Below the pieces are notes generated by a model. The model was not told the DNA's origin, made no database searches, and saw nothing but the letters and a program-made list of their open reading frames with translations. The translations under genes and the position numbers were made by a program. Positions 37,990 to 48,597 of a stretch of DNA of 51,513 nucleotides are shown piece by piece (the first letter of the stretch is position 1; each line of letters begins with the position of its first letter). This DNA is from Callorhinchus milii (lineage: Eukaryota): contig NW_024705365.1 in the NCBI RefSeq assembly GCF_018977255.1, forward strand, positions 1 through 51,513, given 5' to 3'.

Positions 37990-38250
37990 AGTCTCGCAGC
38001 GGATTTTGGCTGCCCATCGAACAAAGACGGCCACTGCGTCGCACGCTTTCAGATGCACTTCTGGAGCCGTCTGGAACGTTCTCCCTCCTTCCGATATCAG
38101 GAAGCCACTGGAGCGATGCACTTTTATATCTCGATTGAAAACTCGTTTCTTTAGAGCTGCTCTTTGCGTTTAAGGTTGCTGTCCTTCACCCGCACATCAT
38201 ATCACGGTTGGCTACGTTTGGTGCGAAAGAAATTCAACATACATACGTTA
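37990..38250 (+). mobile_element. L2 LINE 3' end
   Basis: HRTKTATASHAFRCTSGAVWNVLPPSDIRK...FISRLKTRFF plus 3' UTR ending in CATACATAC. Confidence 0.72.
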
Positions 38251-38629
38251 TTGGCCACGGAATGCGTTGAGTTTTTGTGCTATTTATTATAATAAATTCT
38301 TATAATATTTATTTATTATTAAATTAAGGGATAATTATCCCGTCATTTAAAACCACGGGGCATATTTAAAGTGATCGATTGTAAAAAAAATTGTGCATCG
38401 AAATATACTGCAAACATATCGACATCATTATCTAAACGCGTCCACGATAGAATGGTCGTCTGGGGAACTTTTCCGGGTCCGCTCCATTGGTATCTGTGAC
38501 CGAGGAGTCGTTTAAAAAAATGTATCGTGAGTAGGCCAGTCAATCAACCCAAGCTCCGTAATGCACGGCCACATTCATCAAAGTCTGAGAGAGGAGCGCG
38601 CATAGGCACGGAGTAAAGTTAAACTAAAT

Positions 38630-39200
38630 TAAGCGAAACAGAAGAGAAAATTAAAAAAATTAGTCCGGTCTTGAAAGGACCCGAATGTCATTACTAAGCG
38701 GACTTCAGTCGGCAGAAACTGTTCCAGATCACTGGGTGGGCTCCAGGTGAACAACTCCGTTCTGCTGTCCCAAGCCGAGTGGATCTCACACCCAGCAGCA
38801 GCAGCAGCAGGTCCATGGAAGTTGAGCGTACGTTTCGTGATGATCCATTGGGGTGGATGGCATCGCTCAAGTAGGTTGGTTGTCTTTGCTATAAGAGCAA
38901 ATATTGCGACCTTGAACATGATTCTTTTTTTCACTGGTGACCAGTGCAGCTCCTTAATGAGCTTTGAAGAGCTCGCGAGAGGGGAGGCCACATGAATGAC
39001 TCTGGCTAGGAGGATATTCTGGACACGTTGGAGACATTTTCTAACGGGGGCCAAAATTGCAACATATGTATGACTTCTGACCAAATAACCAAGCTAATTC
39101 GGCCTATCAGCCCCAGGACTGCTAATCCACGCGACCATTTGCAGGAGACAGCACTGTGAACTTTTCATATCGGTTGCTGCCAGGTCTGCCCTTACAAGAG
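38630..39200 (-). mobile_element. Older degraded L2 LINE ORF2 fragment
   Basis: LQRVQNILLARVI...LIKELHWSPVKKRIMFKVA matches the L2 LQxVQNxxAR...LHWLPVxxRIxFK motif. Confidence 0.7.
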
Positions 39201-40788
39201 AGAATCGCTTCTCTCACTGGAATTTAATCCGATGCCCACTCACCGTGATTATCAACTTCACCAAATTGTAATAATCATGCAGCACTTTCATCCGGCCATC
39301 AAAGGGTAAAAACGCATCTTTAAAGGAGCCGGGCCGGAGGGAAAGAATAGGTTTTTTTAGAAGTTGCTGCGCTGACATGAGGCATGCAGAGACGATTTAA
39401 AATAGAGCAAATTAAATTCCTGCCGCATTTAGCCAGGAGCTGTCTCTCTCTCTCTCTCTGCGAGCAGTTGCTGACACATGAAGCCGGACGTTCATTTCCA
39501 GCCACTCCCCATACAGTGTGTGTCTCATCCCTTGCCCCTTCCCTGATCGTTTTTTATTCCAGGGAAACTGTTTGTTACTGTCCCCAGGAAAGGCGTGCGA
39601 GCGGCAATGGCTTTGAGAATCTTTTCGATCAGAGCTAACCCCCGTCTTGGCTCGGTCGCGAGCTGTGAACAGGAAGGAATTGTGAATGCGTCCAATTTCA
39701 CCAACAAAAAAAAACCCGGCCAGCCGGCCTGCGAGTTGGCATCAAACCGAACCTCGGGGAAAAAATTCCCCAGCGCTGTTCATTTACCACGGCAGCGCCG
39801 CGTTTCACCGAGGATTACCACCGGTCGGTCGAGCAACTCCAGTGGCCGGCTTGGCAAGTCGTCGCGAAAAAAAAGAAAAACCCCAAGCTATTAGGCGCAC
39901 TTAAGCGAACTATAATCTATACCTTGTGCTCACTTTCTCCCCCACACCTTCCTGAACGCTGCAACCAAAGTCCGCACTCCCCCCCCACCCTCCCTGCCCC
40001 AGATACATCCTGTATGATTTATTTTTTAATCCCTGAGGATGAGGCCGTGGAATGGTTGGGGGGGGGAGGGGGGGGCTGGCTCTGGTTCACCGCCGGTACG
40101 CAGCGTTGTATATCAAGAGGTCGGTGCTCAACCGTATTTTCATCATGAGGTCAAATGTGCCCGGTGTCATGTCCGCGTAGTTTCCTGCAATTATATCAAA
40201 TGTGCCCAAAGTAAATTTTTTTTTTATAATAATAAGTGCACGAAACACGCTGTGGCATACGAATCAGAAGCAGGCACGCGAGTGAGGATAATAGAACAGA
40301 AGCTAAAAAAAAGGTGTGCAAAGAAACACGGAGAGAAGCGTGCTTCGGATTAGACGGAGCGGCGACAAGGAGAGTGCATGAATCGGATAACTAATACAAA
40401 TTAAGGCCATCGCATTTCCCCTTGAAATGAAGTGGCCAGAAAAGATGATGGACTTTGGTCAAGACTGGCGAAAGAACGGCAGCAAAAGGAGAGAAGACGT
40501 TCCGACGAAGAGGCCCACCGCAGAGGTGGAGTGCGAACGGCAACTCGTGCGTGTAGGAACTGCTGCATCGCAGGACCGTGACGGATAGCAGTGGATAGAC
40601 CGTGGCAGATGACAATAACAACGATAACGATCTACAGTTGTTCGCTGTTAAAACACAATTTTGCACGCGGGTTTAGACAGAGCGCAGAGTTTGTGCATCG
40701 CCCGACAACGCTCCGGGACACAACGGAGAGACTGCGCAGACGCCAGCGTGTGACAGCACACAGAGCGGCAACGCGTAACGTTTACAAT

Positions 40789-40982
40789 TTCGATTTAATA
40801 TACGCTCCAAGCGTGGTGGTGTTTCATTCAGACGCTGTCTCCCCGACAGACCTGGTCTTCACCTGATGACGGCTGCTTGCGTTGTGGCCGAAACGTCGTG
40901 AGAATTATTTTATTATGTTTTATTTTTATTATTTTATTACTTCCCTTCTACGTGACTTTACCGAAAGAACCAAGAAGAAAAA
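40789..40982. mobile_element. Short Penelope-like insertion with hammerhead
   Basis: Only TTCGATTTA of the tail at left, then inverted long arm; TSD AACGTTTACAAT at 40777-40788 and 40983-40994. Confidence 0.75.
40858..40902 (+). ncRNA. Minimal type-I hammerhead ribozyme motif
   Basis: UUCAC-CUGAUGA-C-GGCUGC-UUGCGUU-GUGGCC-GAAAC-GUC-GUGAG. Confidence 0.8.
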
Positions 40983-41318
40983 AACGTTTACAATGTCCAT
41001 GGTGCAGCAGCAGCAGCAAGCGCCGCCGCTGACTTCCATCCTGGGTACCGCCGGGTGTCGCGTCGTTATTACGAATAAGTGACCTCCGAAGGAATTGGGA
41101 GTAAGCCAGACGCTAAGCCAAGCGTGCTTCGAGGCATCGGCGATCATTTAATATTGAGCTGCAACTCAAGCCTGGCCCCAGGGCCTCGCGAGTGGGCCGG
41201 GGGCGAACTTGGGGCCACTCGCCGTGCTGCGGTGGCTGTGACGAACGCCGCCAAACACAGACGACCCGCAGAGGCTTTCGTGGGCAAAACATCGTTGTGG
41301 TTGTAGGTTTTTACCCTG

Positions 41319-41556
41319 TAAACTGGTACAAAACTGACACCTTTATACAAGGCATCATGTTTGCAATAACCACAACACAAGCAGTCAAAATGCAAACAAA
41401 AAGAAACAACTCTGAAAATGGTAATGATATGCACTGTCCTTGAAGTTGATTGGTCCACACCCGAGACAGCTTTCCTTAGAGCCTAGTCTCCATCTTGTGT
41501 TGTGGTTATTGCAAACATGATGCCTTGTATAAAGGTGTCAGTTTTGTACCAGTTTA
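41319..41556. repeat. 63-bp perfect inverted repeat with 112-bp spacer
   Basis: 41319-41381 is the reverse complement of 41494-41556. Confidence 0.88.
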
Positions 41557-41795
41557 AAGGTTGCCACTGGTAAAGGAGGTAAAGGAGGTCTCATCGTTAT
41601 GGTTATTAATGTGATTACAATACATCAGCATTCTTCATGCACGAACCCTTCGTCAAGCCACTGCTGGAGCAAGCCCTCCCAACGCCGCATCGGTCGTGTG
41701 GGTCAGTTGACCGTACTTCACCACGCTGGCGAGTGCGGATGGCGAATGTGTGCACTGCCTGCCCTCTGTCGCCCACCATGTAGCCCCACGATGGA

Positions 41796-42035
41796 CTGAC
41801 TCACCGCTGACTCACCACTGACTCACCACTGACTCACCACTGACTCACCCCTGACTCACCGCTGACTTACCGCTGACTCACCACTGACTCACCACTGACT
41901 CACCACTGACTCACCACTAACTCACCCCTGACTCACCACTGACTCACCACTGACTCACCGCTGACTCACCACTGACTCACCACTGACTCACCACTGACTC
42001 ACCACTGACTCACCACTGACTCACCACTGACTCAG
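41796..42035. repeat. 11-bp minisatellite (CTGACTCACCA)n, ~22 copies
   Basis: Direct reading. Confidence 0.95.
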
Positions 42036-42767
42036 CTGGTAGACTCCAAGGAAAACCAATAGACTTAATCTGCCCTCTCCCCAACTATGATTCCTCTGGA
42101 CAGAGGGAAGGTGGAGGGTTTGACCCAATTGCCTTAATTTTAACAGCAATGAGGATGTATGCATTATTATAAACACGTAGTTTCACTGCTAACATACGTT
42201 CCATTCTAATGGACGATCAACAGCATCTGTAGTGCATTAAAATGTACCGCACCATAGACGTGTCAAGTCGAAACAGCACCGTGTTGAGACGCTGGAGTCG
42301 AGAGGGCGGGCAGAAAGAGCACCATGTAACCCAAGGCGACAAATCGAACCCGTCGTATCCAATCCCTCAGCTACAGCCCCCCAAAACAGTCAATCTCAGC
42401 TGCCTAATGAGATATTCCTTCGTCTGCAGCTCATATACACAAGGGACCACCGCTTTATTCCTACACGTAGTCATAAAAGCACTTTAGTTGACTAAAAACA
42501 TGCTATATATAGGGCCATAGAGCTTGGGCAATTTTTTGATGCTAGCTCACTGCCTGACTGCTGCCTTCCTGCTTGCCTGTGGTTCCTCGTGCCTCCGAGT
42601 CGTTCTCTCTCCTCGACAGTGAGCCGATCCCGTCCGTGTTGCAAGTTGAAATGATTATTAATAGTCTCGACTCTGGCCTATGACCTCCACTCCCGTGTCC
42701 CTCTCTCGCAACTCCGGCCCTATCAATCACGGCATCGTACGTACGTGCGTTGATAAATCGTTCGGTC

Positions 42768-43068
42768 GGGCGCCACGGTGGTGAGATTCTGACTACCTCG
42801 CCTGGCTTGCGGGAGGTTGTGGGTTTGATCCCGACCCCGATGCCTGTATATCTAGAGTTTGCGTGTCTCTCTCTCCGTGGTCGCATGGGTTTTTCTCCGG
42901 GTCCTCCGGTTTTTCCCCACTACATTTAGAATCAACATCACGCGCTTAGAGTATTTGATTGCTATAAATATCCACGCGATAAGCCACTTCGTTGAGTTAT
43001 CATTTGTAGCCAGGTATCTTCTGAAAAAAAAGATCTATATAGCTCAGTGAGCCTTACTTGGTAAAATA
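42768..43068 (+). mobile_element. SINE family A copy
   Basis: Homologous head, core and tail. Confidence 0.75.
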
Positions 43069-43074
43069 GATATT

Positions 43075-43267
43075 AATTCTAGATTTGAAGCTTTTGTGAC
43101 TGCAAGGATTCATATTCTTGGGTTTTTTCGGTAAAGTCACGTAGGTAAAAAAATTAAATTTAAATTAATTAAAGTGAAATAAAAATAAAATTTTTATTTA
43201 TTTTCATTTAACTTTTATTAATTTAATTTTTTTACCTACATGACTTTACCGAAAAAACCTAAGAATA
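43075..43267. mobile_element. Short Penelope-like insertion, inverted, inserted at the tail of a SINE
   Basis: TSD AAAATAGATATT at 43063-43074 and 43268-43279. Confidence 0.73.
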
Positions 43268-43384
43268 AAAATAGATATTTTTATAGTTTTAAATGCCGGT
43301 TAAATGACGGAAGGGCCCACGCGCAGAGCCCACGTGGATCGCAGGGAGTAGGGTGGGGGTCACGTGGGGAGGCGTCAAACTCAC

Positions 43385-43564
43385 GGCGGCAGCCGAGCGG
43401 GTCGTCGCCGTTGAGGCCGAAGAATCCCGCCTTGCAGCGGTCGCAGCGCGGGCCCTCCGCGTTGGGCTTGCAGCGGCAGTGGCCGGCGCGCAGGCCCAGC
43501 GCCGCGTCCGTGTGGCCGTCGCAGAGTCCCCCGTTCAGCGTCCCGTCGGGCTCGCAGTCGCACG
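43385..43564 (-). CDS. Laminin beta exon, 180 nt, LE3: PCDCEPDGTLNGGLCDGHTDAALGLRAGHCRCKPNAEGPRCDRCKAGFFGLNGDDPLGCR
   Basis: gcag acceptor, gtgagt donor; 8-Cys LE domain with the beta-chain-type long loop. Confidence 0.95.
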
Positions 43565-44488
43565 CTGCCGGAGATGCGACGGGCCGGCACAGGGAGGTGT
43601 GGAGAAGACTGCATGAGGTGTTTATACCGGATGGATTTTTTTTTATATATATGTGACGTTTTTCAAGTGCGGTCTCCCGGGTTAGGTCTGCGTGTTCAGC
43701 ATTTATTCCTCCCGAGCCTTCGCTTATTGCCGCGCGCCGCTGCGTGACATCTGCAGGACTCGAAGGAGTTGCAGGCGCGTGCAGTCGCGCGCGTGGCAAA
43801 AGCTTGGCAGAATAAAATTGCTCATCGCGTGGCTCAACTCAAAAGACGGTACGTGGATTTGGGGCCGGCTGCGTAGTCTTGCGTGCTGTACTGTTAGCTT
43901 GAGCTTTGAGCCACCAGATTATCGTGGCAGTGAAAGGCTTTGTGTGCCCAATGTTAGGCAAAATACAGCACTTTTGTCCGATGAAAAACAACTTGCATTC
44001 ACACAGCAGCTAAATGCACGTACGGCAGATGGTGGTGATTCACTTTTTCGAAACGAAAAGCCATGGTGTTTCTCCAATGAAGAAAGCTATCGGAATTGGA
44101 TATTTTTTTACGTGGCATCTGGAATGGACCCTGCCTCACAAGACGGTTCAATGTTACTCGCAGAGGCAGTTAAGTATGTACGTTCGTTCGTTGAACTTCT
44201 TTCGCACCATACACTAATCGGAGGTGTGGGGGAAGAACGACAAAATAAACACAAAAAGTTCAGCAATGAGCAAAAACCAGTGGCTGACCACTTTCAAAAA
44301 CATTCTTATTCATCATTAAGACGAGCACCACGCAGCGGATTTGCCCGTAACGCAGCTGCAACCGGCGTGCGAACCCAGGATCTCAGCAGCGCCGGCTCTG
44401 CGCTCCGACAGCGTTTGCCGTGCGGACCCGAGTCGTTATCGCCCGCCCATTCGATGGGAGGGAGGGAGGGAGAGACGGCGTCACTTAC

Positions 44489-44677
44489 GCAAGCAGGCGT
44501 CGGCGTCGCCAGCGTCTCGGCGCGGGTCGCGGTAGAAGAAGGTGTTGCAGAGCTCGCAGTTGCGCCCCATGGTGTTGTGGCGGCAGTCCTCGCACACCCC
44601 GCCGCTCACGTTGCCCGACGCCTTGTACACGGCCACGTCGAAGTGGCACTTGTCCGAGTGGTTGTTGCAGTTGCACT
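44489..44677 (-). CDS. Laminin beta exon, 189 nt, LE2: [63 protein letters not shown]
   Basis: tcag acceptor, gtaagt donor; GNVSGGVC...HNTMGRNCE is the laminin beta signature; phase 1/1. Confidence 0.95.
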
Positions 44678-44712
44678 CTGACCGGCGGAGAAGCCACGGA
44701 ACACGCACGCAC

Positions 44713-45500
44713 GGCGGTGGTGGGACGCAGGGCAGTGGGACGCAGGGTGGTGGGACGCAGGGCGGTTGGATGCAGGGCGGTGGCACGCAGGGTGGTGGAC
44801 GCAGGGCGGTGGGACGCAGGGCGGTGGGACGCAGGGGGGGACGCAGGGCGGTGGGACGCAGGGCGGTGGGACGCAGGGCGGTGGGACGCAGGGCGGTGGG
44901 ACGCAGGCGGTGGGACGCAGGGTGGTGGGACGCAGGGCAGTGGGACGCAGGGCGGTGGGACGCAGGGCAGTGGGACGCAGGGCGGTGGGACGCAGGGTGG
45001 TGGGACGCAGGGCGGTGGGACGCAGGGCAGTGGGACGCAGGGGGTGGGACGCAGGGCGGTGGGACGCAGGGCGGTGTGACGCAGGGTGGTGGGACGCAGG
45101 GCAGTGGACGCAGGGCGGTGGGACGCAGGGCAGTGGGACGCAGGGCGGTGGGACGCAGGGCGGTGGCACGCAGGGCGGTGGACGCAGGGCGGTGGGACGC
45201 AGGGCGGTGGGACGCAGGGCGGTGGGACGCAGGGCGGTGGGACGCAGGGTGTGGGACGCAGGGCGGTGGCATGCAGGGCGGGGGACGTGCGGCGGTGGGA
45301 CGCGGGGTGGTGGGACGCAGGGTGGTGGGATGTAGGGCGGTGGGACGCAGGGCGGTGGGACGCGGGGTGGTGGGACGCAGGGCGGTGGGACGCGCGGTGG
45401 TGGGACGCGTGGCGGTGGGACGCATGACGGTGGCACGCAGGGTGGTGGGACATGCGGCGGTGGGACGCGTGGTGGTGGGACGCGTGGTGGTGGGACGCGT
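44713..45500. repeat. 15-bp G-rich minisatellite (GGGACGCAGGGCGGT)n
   Basis: Direct reading; lies just upstream (on -) of the laminin 44677 acceptor. Confidence 0.95.
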
Positions 45501-47422
45501 GGCCGGGAGTGCGCGCTGCACACGGTGTCTCGAGGAGCTGAACGCTGACGACTCGGAGCCCACTGAATGTCTCGAGGTGGTTTGACTGAATTGTTGTGTT
45601 GTGGACCTCGTCTGGCTGCTTTCTGGCCACGTGTAATTGTTTCTTTGTATTTGTATGTATGCGCGTCAATTAACTGGTAGATAACCCGTTGGTCTGCAAA
45701 GGAAAATAAGATATGGCTGCGATTTTCATTCTATTTCCACAATCCTCCTCTGCTCGGAGCACTAAACATAATAAAATGCCAAGATAATACATTATTGTGA
45801 GAATTTTTTATATATTATCTAGCATTTAAAATATATTCTGGAAATAAAAAACATTATGTAACAATAAAAATCTCGCAAATTCATGGGCCCTAACAAACAC
45901 ACTTACTTCATGGTTTAAATCTCGCAAATATGTTTTGGTATATTCGCTTTACTCAAACATATTTGATATTCAATAATAATAATAAAGCCCGTTATTTATT
46001 CAGCAATGTCTCTCTGAGGTCTCATGACTATTTTAGTGGGATCATTAATTGAAATGTTTGGCCAATGCCCTTCATTAGCTTTTGACTTGCGGGAGAGAAG
46101 CACGGTACCTGGAAAATCCCCAGACATAGGGAGGGGGGGGGCTAACACTAAAAGCTCTGTATAAAAACATTCAAGAGTAAATGAGCAGAATTTCCATCTC
46201 CTGGAAATCTCACAGCCCATTAAGTTTGGAAATTTGGCACATCTGCATGATCCGCCAACCCTTGCCTTGGATCGCAGACGTGCTCCATCGCGCAAGGATA
46301 TCATTTGTCCTCTGCACATTTTTTTTATTTTTACAGCGGTGCATTTTTGCTCGCTGAAAAAAAAAGAAAAACCAACTTGCAATTAAAATATTAAATTCTC
46401 CCCAAGCGCGTTGCCACGCGGCCATACACCGCACGCAATTATGCAGCTTTAAGCAAAACACTAATTCTTTCACACCTCACCTGGCACAGCGACCACGGCC
46501 GACTAATGCGCCGCAGCCCTTGCAGGTGCGCCCTGGAAACTTTGAAGGACGTATCGATTGCGCGTGATTAATGCGCAGCTTACGATCGGATGTGGTACAA
46601 TCGCCGCACACGGGGTTTCCCCCCCCGCCCGCCCCCTTTGTGCCACCGATCCCACCCGTGCAGGGGAGATTTGTACCCGTGCCTCCAACACATTGACCCC
46701 GAGACGCGGCATTTGTTATGCGCGTGCTCCCGGTTAGGAAAATGCCAACGCAGCAATCACGGACGCTCGCAACATGTTTTCGTGCCGGGGGTTTACGCGT
46801 GCAATTTGCTGGGGGATTTCATTTTTTTTTTCAACTAGAATGAATGACACACTGTGGGGAATGCCGCCTCGTAAACTGAGCAGATTTCTTTTTTTATGGA
46901 GCTGAACGGTTCCTTATTGCCATGTCTGGGAAGCATTACTTGACGCTCGTACCTCTGTTATAGCCGCCCATCCGAGGACAACTTTCGCGCGTTGTCAAGA
47001 ATACTACAAACCCCCTACAGATAATCATTTACATTTGTAAGGCGCAACCATCTGCGGACCCCAATGCGTTGTGTATGTTAATCAGGTAATAAAAAGAACC
47101 AGGTTAAACGGCCGGAAATAGGAGGGAAAGGCCAATGTAAAGAGGTTTCAAGACAGACTTAAATAGTTCTCAACCAATGGCGAGAAAACCCAGTGCAGAG
47201 TCTGCCAATGCCGACGTCCAGATGTGGACAGTTTTTTTAAGCAATACTGGCAAATGAATATATTCTAAACAAAGTATTTTATTAAAAAACTATGATATTA
47301 ATCTGCACACCAGCGCACTGATCGTGAGCGTTAGAAAACATGTGAAATCGAGAACACGCTCACGTGCCCGGAGTAAGAAATCTTCACGAATCGACCAGCG
47401 ACACGTGCGGAAAACGTAAAAC

Positions 47423-47690
47423 ATCTTCTTGGTTCTTTCGGTAAAGTCACGTAGAAGGGAAATAATAAAATAATAAAAATAAACATAAAAAAATACAATT
47501 ATCACGACGTTTCGGCCACAACGCAAGCAGCCGTCCTCCTTGCGTTGTGGCTTGCGTTGTGGCCGAAACGTCGTGAGAATTGTATTTTATTATGTTTTAT
47601 TTTTATTATTTTATTATTTCCCTCCTACATCACTTTACCGAAAGAACCAAGAAGATGAATCCCTGCAGTCACGAAAGCTTTAAATCGAAA
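47423..47690. mobile_element. Short Penelope-like insertion, inverted arms, both hammerheads truncated at the inversion junction
   Basis: Left arm ends at CCGTCCTC (core CUGA lost); right arm starts in the stem II loop with duplicated CTTGCGTTGTGG; imperfect TSD AAACGTAAA(A)CAT. Confidence 0.75.
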
Positions 47691-47895
47691 CGTAAACATA
47701 TTATCGACTCGTACGGCCTCCACCAAACGGCCGTCGTGACTTATCTCGGCCGGCAGAGCAAGAGCGGCGAAGCTCCGATATTTTGTCGAGATCTTGAGTT
47801 CAGATCCCGGTCGAAGGTCAACCGAGAGCCGTCATCCTTTGAACGCGGGTGACTACGCCTACTTAAAGTAATTGGCACAAATTGGTGTCTTGTAC

Positions 47896-48016
47896 TTTTG
47901 CACTCGTGCGACTGACGTCCCTCGGCCGGCCTCCAGGGTGAGTCGGCGTAGAAATCCTCGCACTGCTCGCAGTTGAGCCCCCGCGTGCGATGCTTGCACA
48001 CGCACCGCCCGTGAAC
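47896..48016 (-). CDS. Laminin beta chain (LAMB1/LAMB2-like) exon, 121 nt, LE1 second half: [40 protein letters not shown]
   Basis: gtag acceptor, gtacaa donor on - strand; PWRPAEG motif typical of laminin beta. Confidence 0.93.
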
Positions 48017-48037
48017 CTACGCGCACACACACACACA

Positions 48038-48597
48038 GGGACGCCGCGGTGGCGAGGTGTTAACTACCTCGCCCTGTATACAGAAGGTCGTGGGTTCCAT
48101 CCCGACCCTGACGATGCCTGCTGCTGCTGTATATTTGAAGTCTGCGTGTCTCTCTCTGTCATCATCATCATGGTGGCTAGGAGATGTTAACTACCTCGCC
48201 TGGTATACAGGAGGTCGTGGGTTCCATCCCGACCCTGACGACGCCTGCTGCTGCTGTATATTTGAAGTCTGCGTGTCTCTCTCTGTCATCATCATCACGG
48301 TGGCTAGGAGATGTTAACTACCTCGCCCGGTATACAGGAGGTCGTGGGTTCCATCCGGACCCTAATGCCTGTGGTATATTTGGAGTTTGCGTGTTCTCTC
48401 TCTCCCCGTGGTCAAGTGGATTATTTTCTGGGTCCCCCGGTTTTTCCTTCCATATTTAGAAACATGCATTTAGACTAATGTTTGGCTGCTATAAATTCCC
48501 ACGTGATAAGCCACTTGGTTGAGTTATCATTTATGGCCAGCTCGCTTCTGAAAATGAGCTTTAGAGCTTCGTGGGCCTTACCTGGTCAAATAAAAAT
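48038..48597 (+). mobile_element. SINE family A copy with head triplicated in tandem (~124-127 bp units)
   Basis: Heads start at ~48048, 48172 and 48299; only the last continues into the body. Confidence 0.75.

Noticed and set aside
43692..44681. 329-aa + strand ORF
   Set aside because: The C-terminal part is antisense to the laminin exon and the middle crosses an L2 tail; no recognisable domain.
44420..45669. Multiple 190-390 aa ORFs on both strands
   Set aside because: Products of the stop-free 15-bp minisatellite; only 44489-44677 is a real exon.
43385..48016. Assignment as netrin-4
   Set aside because: [16 protein letters not shown] and the long LE3 loop match laminin beta 1/2, and no NTR-domain exons were seen.
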